From contig OZ024746.1 in assembly GCA_964016885.1 (NCBI GenBank), positions 100,874,001 through 100,938,000 on the forward strand: a stretch of 64,000 nucleotides of DNA, given 5' to 3'. Source of the stretch: Eledone cirrhosa. Lineage: Eukaryota. A model generated the notes under the pieces. The model did not search any database. It saw only the letters and a program-made list of their open reading frames with translations, and was not told the origin of the DNA. The position numbers were made by a program, and so were the translations under genes. Below, piece by piece: positions 11,476 to 25,800 of this stretch (position 1 is its first letter; each line of letters begins with the position of its first letter).

Positions 11476-11581
11476 TTCAAAGTAATCCAACTTATTTTAC
11501 TAACTGGATAAAAATGATAAACCGTACGCAGTCCCGCACTCCTTACTTTATGATAGTTTAGATTTCTTTCCAGCCAGTTAT

Positions 11582-11770
11582 TGTAGGTGAGTGGGTGGCT
11601 GGGGTGTTAGTGGAGGTGGTGGTGGTGATTGTGGTGTTAGTGGTGGTGGTGGTGGTGCAGGTGACAGTGGTGTTAGTGGTAGTAGTGGTGGTGATGGTGA
11701 CAGTAATAGGTGTTTGAAGTGGTGGTGGTGACTGATAGGTGTTTGTGGTGGGGTGTACAGGTGGTGAGAG
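11582..11770. repeat. Degenerate (GGT)n microsatellite
   Basis: Runs of ggtggtggt. Explains the Pro/His-rich minus-strand ORF. Confidence 0.85.
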
Positions 11771-11887
11771 AGCCGGTGTTTATTAATTAACAAAAGAAAC
11801 ATCAATAATTATTTGGTTGCCATGGTTATTGTTTTTTCAAATGATATGACTTCATTCCAGTAGAGTTTCTATTTTGTATATTTTCAG

Positions 11888-11937
11888 TGAGGTAACCGCT
11901 TCTTCGGTTTTTGTGATTTGTGGCCAAACACATTATG
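11888..11937 (+). CDS. Exon (SEVTASSVFVICGQTHY)
   Basis: tatatttttcag| acceptor and ATG|gtaagt donor. 50 nt, phase 2-1, open and in frame with both neighbours. Confidence 0.8.
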
Positions 11938-12595
11938 GTAAGTTAATTCAGAAATTATTCACATTTTAAAAAACCCACAAAAACCTAATGTTAGAAATGT
12001 TTTTAAAAATCTAAGAAATTCCACTTCAACTTTCAAAAGTGGAAAGAATAATTATTCAGTGGTGGCAAGATTGGAATATAAGATTAACTACTCTCGTTTC
12101 AAATTCTGGAATCATTAAAGCAATTATTGATTAAAAATGATAAAAAATTCAAATATATACTACAGGCATTTGATCAACTGCTCTCAAATGTATAGTTGAT
12201 CAGAGCTGTTTTAACCTATTGAAAAACAGTTGCATTAATCATACTCTTTATAATTTATATTTCACATTAACCTATTAACATGCTTGTTCCTGAAGAGGTT
12301 TACTCAAAAGCAGTGGTTTATGTAAAGGTGTAGGATTATTGGCTATACTGTCATAAACTGTTGACACCAAAATTATTTTCACAGTGTAATACTACTACAA
12401 GTTATTTTGTGGATGGAATGATAAAAGTACTTGTCTTCTGATGAATGGCTACTTAGTTATGAAATGTGTAATGGAAATCTTATGTTTTTCTGTGTAGAAA
12501 GGCAATAAAAGTGTGTTTACACTTGTTCCTTTTGACAGCAAGGCTTATAGTTTAAAAAACTAGTTATATCTACATTAAACTTATCTTTAAATATA

Positions 12596-12764
12596 CCGTA
12601 TTTCCCGGCGTCGAAGATGCTACTTTTCTCCTAAAATAAGTCTCAAAAATCTACCATGCGTCCTGGAGGCTGAAGGTTGTTTATTATTTTTTTTTCAAAT
12701 TTTTGGTTGCCAAAATTAGGGTGGGTCCTCGAGGACGGAGCATCTTTGGTGCCAGGAAATACGG
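12596..12764. mobile_element. Tc1/mariner-pogo (Tc2-like) MITE with TA target-site duplication
   Basis: TA-CCGTATTTCCCGGCGTCGAAGATGC ... GCATCTTTGGTGCCAGGAAATACGG-TA, i.e. ~25-bp imperfect TIRs flanked by TA. Confidence 0.85.
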
Positions 12765-13742
12765 TAGGCAGAATTACTATTATATAAATCAATACTCTCA
12801 ATGTTGGTGCTATTGAGAATTATGGATTGCGACATGCAGAGAGGTAATGTATTCCCAAACTCTTCAAACAATGGCAGTATGTAAAACCAGCTACGATGGT
12901 AATTATTTTTTCATTCTTTCCACCAGGTAAAAAAGCAATTTTGAAGATTTAAAAAATGTTGCAATTTGCTTGAAGTGTTGTAGAATAAGAAATACAAATT
13001 TAACAAGGAAATAAGTTTAAATATTTGGAAGCCTGACAATGCGTGTGAGATTATAAGTGCCAAGGTAATAGGAATTAGAGAAAATAGGACAAAAGGACTG
13101 AGAAAAGAGTGTGAGAACAGTAAAATATTACCATAGCAATTTTATTGATCCCAAATACTTTTGAATTTAACATCCATTATGAAGGGGAGCCATGGGGAAG
13201 GTCTCAAAGAGCAATCTGAGTTATTGATGGCTGCTGGATTTAATTTGAATGGAGGAAAAAAAAATGTTAAAGTTTAATGTTTTGCGCACATGTGAAGGGA
13301 AAAACGTGTGTGTGTAAGTGTGTTTGTGTAGCAAGGACTGCAGATTTAATTTGAATGAATGAAGAAAACAAATAATGTTAAAGTTTAATGTGAGTCTATG
13401 ATATATGTATGTTTAACTGCTAATTTTTAATTTTAAATTCAACCCATTTGGTGCCCAACTACCCCTAATTTTATAATATAAAGTTGTTTGTTTTTAAGTG
13501 TTTATATTTATCTAAAGATTTATTTATGATTTTATGTTAAGTTATAAACAGCAGATAAATAACAAGAAACTTGTTCAGCTGACTATATTAAAAGCTTGTG
13601 TCTAAATTTGTTGGAAATATATTGTCTGTGGCGACATGAATTTATATTTTCCATTTACTATCTTTTGCTTCATCATCTTTGAACCAAATAGTGGTATGAT
13701 TTAGTTAAGATTTCAGGCTTTATGTAAAAATTGTCATTTCAG

Positions 13743-13807
13743 ATTCAGATACCATGCAGATACTATTTGGAAATCAAACTGCACCAAATAATTCTAAATC
13801 ATTTGAA
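13743..13807 (+). CDS. Exon (DSDTMQILFGNQTAPNNSKSFE)
   Basis: tcatttcag| acceptor, with an in-frame alternative AG 6 nt downstream, and GAA|gtaagt donor. 65 nt, phase 1-0. Confidence 0.8.
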
Positions 13808-13874
13808 GTAAGTACTACCAGGAATAAATATTAAATATTTATTTTATAAATACGTAGTGGGTGTATTTTAAGTT

Positions 13875-16800
13875 TTGATAGTTGAAAGTAACTGGAGAGT
13901 GGACATAATATAGCGACTGTTGATAGTTGAAAGTCATTGGAGAGTGGACATAATGTGGCAACTGTTGATAGTTGAAAGTAACTGGAGAGTGGACATAATA
14001 TGGCAACTGTTGATAGTTGAAAGTAACTGGAGAGTGGACATAATGTGGCAACTGTTGATAGTTGAAAGTCATTGGAGAGTGGACATAATATAGCGACTGT
14101 TGATAGTTGAAAGTAACTGGAGAGTGGACATAATATAGCGACTGTTGATAGTTGAAAGTCATTGGAGAGTGGACATAATATAGCGACTGTTGATAGTTGA
14201 AAGTCATTGGAGAGTGGACATAATATAGCGACTGTTGATAGTTGAAAGTCATTGGAGAGTGGACATAATATAGCGACTGTTGATAGTTGAAAGTAACTGG
14301 AGAGTGGACATAATATAGCGACTGTTGATAGTTGAAAGTCATTGGAGAGTGGACATAATATAGCGACTGTTGATAGTTGAAAGTCATTGGAGAGTGGACA
14401 TAATATAGCGACTGTTGATAGTTGAAAGTCATTGGAGAGTGGACATAATATAGCGACTGTTGATAGTTGAAAGTCATTGGAGAGTGGACATAATATAGCG
14501 ACTGTTGATAGTTGAAAGTCATTGGAGAGTGGACATAATATAGCGACTGTTGATAGTTGAAAGTCATTGGAGAATGGACATAATATAGCGACTGTTGATA
14601 GTTGAAAGTCATTGGAGAGTGGACATAATATAGCGACTGTTGATAGTTGAAAGTCATTGGAGAGTGGACATAATATAGCGACTGTTGATAGTTGAAAGTC
14701 ATTGGAGAGTGGACATAATATAGCAACTGTTGATAGTTGAAAGTAACTGGAGAGTGGACATAATATAGCGACTGTTGATAGTTGAAAGTCATTGGAGAGT
14801 GGACATAATATAGCGACTGTTAATAGTTGAAAGTAACTGGAGAGTGGACATAATATCGCAACTGTTGATAGTTGAAAGTCATTGGAGAGTGGACATAATA
14901 TAGCGACTGTTGATAGTTGAAAGTCATTGGAGAGTGGACATAATATAGCAACTGTTGATAGTTGAAAGTAACTGGAGAGTGGACATAATATAGCGACTGT
15001 TGATAGTTGAAAGTCATTGGAGAGTGGACATAATATAGCAACTGTTGATAGTTGAAAGTAACTGGAGAGTGGACATAATATAGCGACTGTTGATAGTTGA
15101 AAGTCATTGGAGAGTGGACATAATATAGCGACTGTTGATAGTTGAAAGTAACTGGAGAGTGGACATAATATAGCGACTGTTGATAGTTGAAAGTCATTGG
15201 AGAGTGGACATAATATAGCGACTGTTGATAGTTGAAAGTCATTGGAGAGTGGACATAATATAGCGACTGTTGATAGTTGAAAGTCATTGGAGAGTGGACA
15301 TAATATAGCGACTGTTGATAGTTGAAAGTCATTGGAGAGTGGACATAATATAGCGACTGTTGATAGTTGAAAGTCATTGGAGAGTGGACATAATATAGCG
15401 ACTGTTGATAGTTGAAAGTCATTGGAGAGTGGACATAATATAGCGACTTTTGATAGTTGAAAGTCATTGGAGAGTGGACATAATATAGCGAGTGTTGATA
15501 GTTGAAAGTCATTGGAGAGTGGACATAATATAGCGACTGTTGATAGTTGAAAGTCATTGGAGAGTGGACATAATATAGCGACTGTTGATAGTTGAAAGTC
15601 ATTGGAGAGTGGACATAATATAGCGACTGTTGATAGTTGAAAGTCATTGGAGAGTGGACATAATATAGTGACTGTTGATAGTTGAAACTAACTGGAGAGT
15701 GGACATAATATATCGACTGTTGATAGTTGAAAGTAACTGGAGAGTGGACATAATGTGGCAACTGTTGACAGTTGAAAGTAACTGGAGAGTGGACATAATA
15801 TAGCGACTGTTGATAGTTGAAAGTCATTGGAAAGTGGACATAATGGGGCAACTGTTGATAGTTGAAAGTAACTGGAGAGTGGACATAATGTGGCAACTGT
15901 TGATAGTTGAAAGTAACTGGAGAGTGGACATAATATAGTGACTGTTGATAGTTGAAACTAACTGGAGAGTGGACATAATATAGCGAGTGTTGATAGTTGA
16001 AAGTAACTGGAGAGTGGACATAATGTGGCAACTGTTGATAGTTGAAAGTAACTGGAGAGTGGACATAATGTGGCAACTGTTGATAGTTGAAAGTAACTGG
16101 AGAGTGGACATAATGTGGCAACTGTTGATAGTTGAAAGTAACTGGAGAGTGGACATAATGTGGCAACTGTTGATAGTTGAAAGTAACTGGAGAGTGGACA
16201 TAATATAGCGACTGTTGATAGTTGAAAGTAACTGGAGAGTGGACATAATGTGGCAACTGTTGATAGTTGAAAGTAACTGGAGAGTGGACATAATGTGGCA
16301 ACTGTTGATAGTTGAAAGTAACTGGAGAGTGGACATAATGTGGCAACTGTTGATAGTTGAAAGTCATTGGAGAGTGGACATAATATAGCGACTGTTGATA
16401 GTTGAAAGTAACTGGAGAGTGGACATAATATAGCGACTGTTGATAGTTGAAAGTCATTGGAGAGTGGACATAATATAGCGACTGTTGATAGTTGAAAGTC
16501 ATTGGAGAGTGGACATAATATAGCGACTGTTGATAGTTGAAAGTCATTGGAGAGTGGACATAATATAGCGACTGTTGATAGTTGAAAGTCATTGGAGAGT
16601 GGACATAATATAGCGACTGTTGATAGTTGAAAGTCATTGGAGAGTGGACATAATATAGCGACTGTTGATAGTTGAAAGTCATTGGAGAGTGGACATAATA
16701 TAGCGACTGTTGATAGTTGAAAGTCATTGGAGAATGGACATAATATAGCGACTGTTGATAGTTGAAAGTCATTGGAGAGTGGACATAATATAGCAACTGT

Positions 16801-19800
16801 TGATAGTTGAAAGTCATTGGAGAGTGGACATAATATAGCGACTGTTGATAGTTGAAAGTCATTGGAGAGTGGACATAATATAGCAACTGTTGATAGTTGA
16901 AAGTAACTGGAGAGTGGACATAATATAGCGACTGTTGATAGTTGAAAGTCATTGGAGAGTGGACATAATATAGCGACTGTTGATAGTTGAAAGTAACTGG
17001 AGAGTGGACATAATATAGCGACTGTTGATAGTTGAAAGTCATTGGAGAGTGGACATAATATAGCGACTGTTGATAGTTGAAAGTCATTGGACAGTGGACA
17101 AAATATAGCGACTGTTGATAGTTGAAAGTCATTGGAGAGTGGACATAATATAGCGACTGTTGATAGTTGAAAGTCATTGGAGACTGGACATAATATAGCG
17201 ACTGTTGATAGTTGAAAGTCATTGGAGAGTGGACATAATATAGCGACTGTTGATAGTTGAAAGTCATTGGAGAGTGGACATAATATAGCGACTGTTGATA
17301 GTTGAAAGTCATTGGAGAGTGGACATAATATAGCGACTGTTGATAGTTGAAAGTCATTGGAGAGTGGACATAATATAGTGACTGTTGATAGTTGAAACTA
17401 ACTGGAGAGTGGACATAATATAGCGACTGTTGATAGTTGAAAGTAACTGGAGAGTGGACATAATGTGGCAACTGTTGATAGTTGAAAGTAACTGGAGAGT
17501 GGACATAATATAGCGACTGTTGATAGTTGAAAGTCATTGGAAAGTGGACATAATGGGGCAACTGTTGATAGTTGAAAGTAACTGGATAGTGGACATAATG
17601 TGGCAACTGTTGATAGTTGAAACTAACTGGAGAGTGGACATAATATAGCGACTGTTGATAGTTGAAAGTAACTGGAGAGTGGACATAATGTGGCAACTGT
17701 TGATAGTTGAAAGTAACTGGAGAGTGGACATAATGTGGCAACTGTTGATAGTTGAAAGTAACTGGAGAGCGGACATAATATAGCGACTGTTGATAGTTGA
17801 AAGTAACTGGAGAGTGGACATAATGTGGCAACTGTTGATAGTTGAAAGTAACTGGAGAGTGGACATAATATAGCGACTGTTGATAGTTGAAAGTAACTGG
17901 AGAGTGGACATAATGTGGCAACTGTTGATAGTTGAAAGTAACTGGAGAGTGGACATAATGTGGCAACTGTTGATAGTTGAAAGTAACTGGAGAGTGGACA
18001 TAATGTGGCAACTGTTGATAGTTGAAAGTAACTGGAGAGTGGACATAATGTGGCAACTGTTGATAGTTGAAAGTAACTGGAGAGTGGACATAATATAGCG
18101 ACTGTTGATAGTTGAAAGTAACTGGAGAGTGGACATAATGTGGCAACTGTTGATAGTTGAAAGTAACTGGAGAGTGGACATAATGTGGCAACTGTTGATA
18201 GTTGAAAGTAACTGGAGAGTGGACATAATGTGGCAACTGTTGATAGTTGAAAGTAACTGGAGAGTGGACATAATGTGGCAACTGTTGATAGTTGAAAGTA
18301 ACTGGAGAGTGGACATAATGTGGCAACTGTTGATAGTTGAAAGTCATTGGAGAGTGGACATAATATAGCGACCGTTGATAGTTGAAAGTAACTGGAGAGT
18401 GGACATAATATAGCGACTGTTGATAGTTGAAAGTCATTGGAGAGTGGACATAATGTGGCAACTGTTGATAGTTGAAAGTAACTGGAGAGTGGACATAATA
18501 TAGCGACTGTTGATAGTTGAATGTCATTGGAGAGTGGATATAATATGGCAACTGTTGATAGTTGAAAGTCATTGGAGAGTGGACATAATGTGGCAACTGT
18601 TGATAATTGAAAGTAACTGGAGAGTGGACATAATATGGCAACTGTTTATAGTTGAAAGTAACTGGAGAGTGGACATAATATGGCAACTGTTGATAGTTGA
18701 AAGTAACTGGAGAGTGGACATAATATAGCGACTGTTGATAGTTGAAAGTCATTGGAGAGTGGACATAATATGGCAACTGTTGATAGTTGAAAGTCATTGG
18801 AGAGTGGACATAATATGGCGACTGTTGATAGTTGAAAGTAACTGGAGAGTGGACATAATATGGCGACTGTTGATAGTTGAAAGTAACTGGAGAGTGGACA
18901 TAATGTGGCAACTGTTGATAGTTGAAAGTAACTGGAGAGTGGACATAATGTGGCAACTGTTGATAGTTGAAAGTAACTGGAGAGTGGACATAATATAGCG
19001 ACTGTTGATAGTTGAAAGTAACTGGAGAGTGGACATAATGTGGCAACTGTTGATAGTTGAAAGTAACTGGAGAGTGGACATAATGTGGCAACTGTTGATA
19101 GTTGAAAGTAACTGGAGAGTGGACATAATGTGGCAACTGTTGATAGTTGAAAGTAACTGGAGAGTGGACATAATGTGGCAACTGTTGATAGTTGAAAGTA
19201 ACTGGAGAGTGGACATAATGTGGCAACTGTTGATAGTTGAAAGTAACTGGAGAGTGGACATAATATAGCGACTGTTGATAGTTGAAAGTCATTGGAAAGT
19301 GGACATAATGTGGCAACTGTTGATAGTTGAAAGTAACTGGAGAGTGGACATAATATAGCGACTGTTGATAGTTGAATGTCATTGGAGAGTGGACATAATA
19401 TGGCAACTGTTGATAGTTGAAAGTCATTGGAGAGTGGACATAATGTGGGAAGTGTTGATAGTTGAAAGTAACTGGAGAGTGGACATAATATTGCAACTGT
19501 TGATAGTTGAAAGTAACTGGAGAGTGGACATAATATGGCAACTGTTGATAGTTGAAAGTAACTGGAGAGTGGACATAATATAGCGACTGTCGATAGTTGA
19601 AAGTCATTGGAGAGTGGACATAATATGGCAACTGTTGATAGTTGAAAGTCATTGGAGAGTGGACATAATATGGCGACTGTTGATAGTTGAAAGTCATTGG
19701 AGAGTGGACATAATATAGCGACTGTTGATAGTTGAAAGTCATTGGAGAGTGGACATAATATAGCGACTGTTGATAGTTGAAAGTCATTGGAGAGTGGACA

Positions 19801-22800
19801 TAATATAGCGACTGTTGATAGTTGAAAGTCATTGGAGAATGGACATAATATAGCGACTGTTGATAGTTGAAAGTCATTGGAGAGTGGACATAATATAGCG
19901 ACTGTTGATAGTTGAAAGTAACTGGAGAGTGGACATAATATCGCAACTGTTGATAGTTGAAAGTCATTGGAGAGTGGACATAATATAGCGACTGTTGATA
20001 GTTGAAAGTCATTGGAGAGTGGACATAATGTGGCAACTGTTGATAGTTGAAAGTAACTGGAGAGTGGACATAATATGGCAACTGTTGATAGTTGAAAGTA
20101 ACTGGAGAGTGGACATAATATGGCAACTGTTGATAGTTGAAAGTAACTGGAGAGTGGACATAATATAGCGAATGTTGATAGTTGAAAGTCATTGGAGAGT
20201 GGACATAATATGGCAACTGTTGATAGTTGAAAGTCATTGGAGAGTGGACATAATATGGCGACTGTTGATAGTTGAAAGTAACTGGAGAGTGGACATAATA
20301 TGGCGACTGTTGATAGTTGAAAGTAACTGGAGAGTGGACATAATGTGGCAACTGTTGATAGTTGAAAGTAACTGGAGAGTGGACATAATGTGTCAACTGT
20401 TGATAGTTGAAAGTAACTGGAGAGTGGACATAATATAGCGACTGTTGATAGTTGAAAGTAACTGGAGAGTGGACATAATGTGGCAACTGTTGATAGTTGA
20501 AAGTAACTGGAGAGTGGACATAATGTGGCAACTGTTGATAGTTGAAAGTAACTGGAGAGTGGACATAATGTGGCAACTGTTGATAGTTGAAAGTAACTGG
20601 AGAGTGGACATAATATAGCGACTGTTGATAGTTGAATGTCATTGGAGAGTGGACATAATATGGCAACTGTTGATAGTTGAAAGTCATTGGAGAGTGGACA
20701 TAATGTGGGAAGTGTTGATAGTTGAAAGTAACTGGAGAGTGGACATAATATGGCAACTGTTGATAGTTGAAAGTAACTGGAGAGTGGACATAATATGGCA
20801 ACTCTTGATAGTTGAAAGTAACTGGAGAGTGGACATAATATAGCGACTGTTGATAGTTGAAAGTCATTGGAGAGTGGACATAATATGGCAACTGTTGATA
20901 GTTGAAAGTCATTGGAGAGTGGACATAATATGGCGACTGGTGATAGTTGAAAGTCATTGGAGAGTGGACATAATATAGCGACTGTTGATAGTTGAAAGTC
21001 ATTGGAGAGTGGACATAATATAGCGACTGTTGATAGTTGAAAGTCATTGGAGAGTGGACATAATATAGCGACTGTTGATAGTTGAAAGTCATTGGAGAGT
21101 GGACATAATATAGCGACTGTTGATAGTTGAAAGTCATTGGAGAGTGGACATAATATAGCGACTGTTGATAGTTGAAAGTCATTGGAGAGTGGACATAATA
21201 TAGCGACTGTTGATAGTTGAAAGTCATTGGAGAGTGGACATAATATAGCGACTGTTGATAGTTGAAAGTCATTGGAGAGTGGACATAATATAGCGACTGT
21301 TGATAGTTGAAAGTCATTGGAGAGTGGACATAATATAGCGACTGTTGATAGTTGAAAGTCATTGGAGAGTGGACATAATATAGCGACTGTTGATAGTTGA
21401 AAGTCATTGGAGAGTGGACATAATATAGCGACTGTTGATAGTTGAAAGTCATTGGAGAGTGGACATAATATAGCAACTGTTGATAGTTGAAAGTAACTGG
21501 AGAGTGGACATAATATAGCGACTGTTGATAGTTGAAAGTCATTGGAGAGTGGACATAATATAGCAACTGTTGATAGTTGAAAGTAACTGGAGAGTGGACA
21601 TAATATAGCGACTGTTGATAGTTGAAAGTCATTGGAGAGTGGACATAATATAGCGACTGTTGATAGTTGAAAGTAACTGGAGAGTGGACATAATATAGCG
21701 ACTGTTGATAGTTGAAAGTCATTGGAGAGTGGACATAATATAGCGACTGTTGATAGTTGAAAGTCATTGGAGAGTGGACATAATATAGCGACTGTTGATA
21801 GTTGAAAGTCATTGGAGAGTGGACATAATATAGCTTTGTTGATAGTTGAAAGTCATTGGAGAGTGGACATAATATAGCGACTGTTGATAGTTGAAAGTCA
21901 TTGGAGAGTGGACATAATATAGCGACTGTTGATAGTTGAAAGTCATTGGAGAGAGGACCTAATATAGCGACTGTTGATAGTTGAAAGTCATTGGAGAGTG
22001 GACATAATATAGCGACTGTTGATAGTTGAAAGTCATTGGAGAGTGGACATAATATAGTGACTGTTGATAGTTGAAAGTAACTGGAGAGTGGACATAATAT
22101 AGCGACTGTTGATAGTTGAAAGTAACTGGAGAGTGGACATAATGTGGCATCTGTTGATAGTTGAAAGTAACTGGAGAGTGGACATAATATAGCGACTGTT
22201 GATAGTTGAAAGTCATTGGAAAGTGGACATAATGGGGCAACTGTTGATAGTTGAAAGTAACTGGAGAGTGGACATAATGTGGCAACTGTTGATAGTTGAA
22301 AGTAACTGGAGAGTGGACATAATATAGTGACTGTTGATAGTTGAAACTAACTGGAGAGTGGACATAATATAGCGACTGTTGATAGTTGAAAGTAACTGGA
22401 GAGTGGACATAATGTGGCAACTGTTGATAGTTGAAAGTAACTGGAGAGTCGACATAATGTGGCAACTGTTGATAGTTGAAAGTAACTGGAGAGTGGACAT
22501 AATGTGGCAACTGTTGATAGTTGAAAGTAACTGGAGAGTGGACATAATATAGCGACTGTTGATAGTTGAAAGTAACTGGAGAGTGGACATAATGTGGCAA
22601 CTGTTGATAGTTGAAAGTAACTGGAGAGTGGACATAATGTGGCAACTGTTGATAGTTGAAAGTAACTGGAGAGTGGACATAATGTGGCAACTGTTGATAG
22701 TTGAAAGTAACTGGAGAGTGGACATAATGTGGCAACTGTTGATAGTTGAAAGTAACTGGAGAGTGGACATAATATAGCGACTGTTGATAGTTGAAAGTAA

Positions 22801-25800
22801 CTGGAGAGTGGACATAATGTGGCAACTGTTGATAGTTGAAAGTAACTGGAGAGTCGACATAATGTGGCAACTGTTGATAGTTGAAAGTAACTGGAGAGTG
22901 GACATAATGTGGCAACTGTTGATAGTTGAAAGTAACTGGAGAGTGGACATAATGTGGCAACTGTTGATAGTTGAAAGTAACTGGAGAGTGGACATAATGT
23001 GGCAACTGTTGATAGTTGAAAGTAACTGGAGAGTGGACATAATATAGCGACTGTTGATAGTTGAAAGTAACTGGAGAGTGGACATAATGTGGCAACTGTT
23101 GATAGTTGAAAGTAACTGGAGAGTGGACATAATGTGGCAACTGTTGATAGTTGAAAGTAACTGGAGAGTGGACATAATGTGGCAACTGTTGATAGTTGAA
23201 AGTAACTGGAGAGTTGACATAATGTGGCAACTGTTGATAGTTGAAAGTAACTGGAGAGTGGACATAATATAGCGACTGTTGATAGTTGAAAGTCATTGGA
23301 GAGTGGACATAATATGGCAACTGTTGATAGTTGAAAGTCATTGGAGAGTGGACATAATATGGCGACTGTTGATAGTTGAAAGTAACTGGAGAGTGGACAT
23401 AATATGGCGACTGTTGATAGTTGAAAGTAACTGGAGAGTGGACATAATGTGGCAACTGTTGATAGTTGAAAGTAACTGGAGAGTGGACATAATGTGTCAA
23501 CTGTTGATAGTTGAAAGTAACTGGAGAGTGGACATAATATAGCGACTGTTGATAGTTGAAAGTAACTGGAGAGTGGACATAATGTGGCAACTGTTGATAG
23601 TTGAAAGTAACTGGAGAGTGGACATAATGTGGCAACTGTTGATAGTTGAAAGTAACTGGAGAGTGGACATAATGTGGCAACTGTTGATAGTTGAAAGTAA
23701 CTGGAGAGTGGACATAATATAGCGACTGTTGATAGTTGAATGTCATTGGAGAGTGGACATAATATGGCAACTGTTGATAGTTGAAAGTCATTGGAGAGTG
23801 GACATAATGTGGGAAGTGTTGATAGTTGAAAGTAACTGGAGAGTGGACATAATATGGCAACTGTTGATAGTTGAAAGTAACTGGAGAGTGGACATAATAT
23901 GGCAACTGTTGATAGTTTAAAGTAACTGGAGAGTGGACATAATATAGCGACTGTTGATAGTTGAAAGTCATTGGAGAGTGGACATAATATGGCAACTGTT
24001 GATAGTTGAAAGTCATTGGAGAGTGGACATAATATGGCGACTGTTGATAGTTGAAAGTCATTGGAGAGTGGACATAATATAGCAACTGTTGATAGTTGAA
24101 AGTCATTGGAGAGTGGACATAATATAGCGACTGTTGATAGTTGAAAGTCATTGGAGAGTGGACATAATATAGCGACTATTGATAGTTGAAAGTCATTGGA
24201 GAATGGACATAATATAGCGACTGTTGATAGTTGAAAGTCATTGGAGAGTGGACATAATATAGCGACTGTTGATAGTTGAAAGTCATTGGAGAGTGGACAT
24301 AATATAGCGATTGTTGATAGTTGAAAGTCATTGGAGAGTGGACATAATATAGCGACTGTTGATAGTTGAAAGTCATTGGAGAGTGGACATAATATAGCGA
24401 CTATTGATAGTTGAAAGTCATTGGAGAGTGGACATAATATAGCGACTGTTGATAGTTGAAAGTCATTGGAGAGTGGACATAATATAGCGACTGTTGATAG
24501 TTGAAAGTCATTGGAGAGTGGACATAATATAGCGACTGCTGATAGTTGAAAGTCATTGGAGAGTGGACATAATATAGCAACTGTTGATAGTTGAAAGTAA
24601 CTGGAGAGTAGACATAATATAGCGACTGTTGATAGTTGAAAGTCATTGGAGAGTGGACATAATATAGCGACTGTTGATAGTTGAAAGTAACTGGAGAGTG
24701 GACATAATATCGCAACTGTTGATAGTTGAAAGTCATTGGAGAGTGGACATAATATAGCGACTGTTGATAGTTGAAAGTCATTGGAGAGTGGACATAATAT
24801 AGCAACTGTTGATAGTTGAAAGTAACTGGAGAGTGGACATAATATAGCGACTGTTGATAGTTGAAAGTCATTGGAGAGTGGACATAATATAGCAACTGTT
24901 GATAGTTGAAAGTAACTGGAGAGTGGACATAATGTGGCAACTGTTGATAGTTGAAAGTAACTGGAGAGTGGACATAATGTGGCAACTGTTGATAGTTGAA
25001 AGTAACTGGAGAGTGGACATAATATAGCGACTGTTGATAGTTGAATGTCATTGGAGAGTGGACATAATATGGCAAGTGTTGATAGTTGAAAGTCATTGGA
25101 GAGTGGACATAATGTGGGAAGTGTTGATAGTTGAAAGTAACTGGAGAGTGGACATAATATGGCAACTGTTGATAGTTGAAAGTAACTGGAGAGTGGACAT
25201 AATATGGCAACTGTTGATAGTTGAAAGTAACTGGAGAGTGGACATAATATAGCGACTGTTGATAGTTGAAAGTCATTGGAGAGTGGACATAATATGGCAA
25301 CTGTTGATAGTTGAAAGTCATTGGAGAGTGGACATAATATGGCGACTGTTGATAGTTGAAAGTCATTGGAGAGTGGACATAATATAGCAACTGTTGATAG
25401 TTGAAAGTCATTGGAGAGTGGACATAATATAGCGACTGTTGATAGTTGAAAGTCATTGGAGAGTGGACATAATATAGCGACTATTGATAGTTGAAAGTCA
25501 TTGGAGAATGGACATAATATAGCGACTGTTGATAGTTGAGAGTCATTGGAGAGTGGACATAATATAGCGACTGTTGATAGTTGAAAGTCATTGGAGAGTG
25601 GACATAATATAGCGACTGTTGATAGTTGAAAGTCATTGGAGAGTGGACATAATATAGCGACTGTTGATAGTTGAAAGTCATTGGAGAGTGGACATAATAT
25701 AGCGACTATTGATAGTTGAAAGTCATTGGAGAGTGGACATAATATAGCGACTGTTGATAGTTGAAAGTCATTGGAGAGTGGACATAATATAGCGACTGTT

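Noticed and set aside
11578-11805. Pro/His-rich 75-aa ORF
   Set aside because: It is the antisense translation of a (GGT)n microsatellite.
13237-13390. Imperfect ~45-bp direct repeat (gatttaatttgaatg..aatgttaaagtttaatg) at 13237 and 13344
   Set aside because: A small local duplication with no further structure or evident function.
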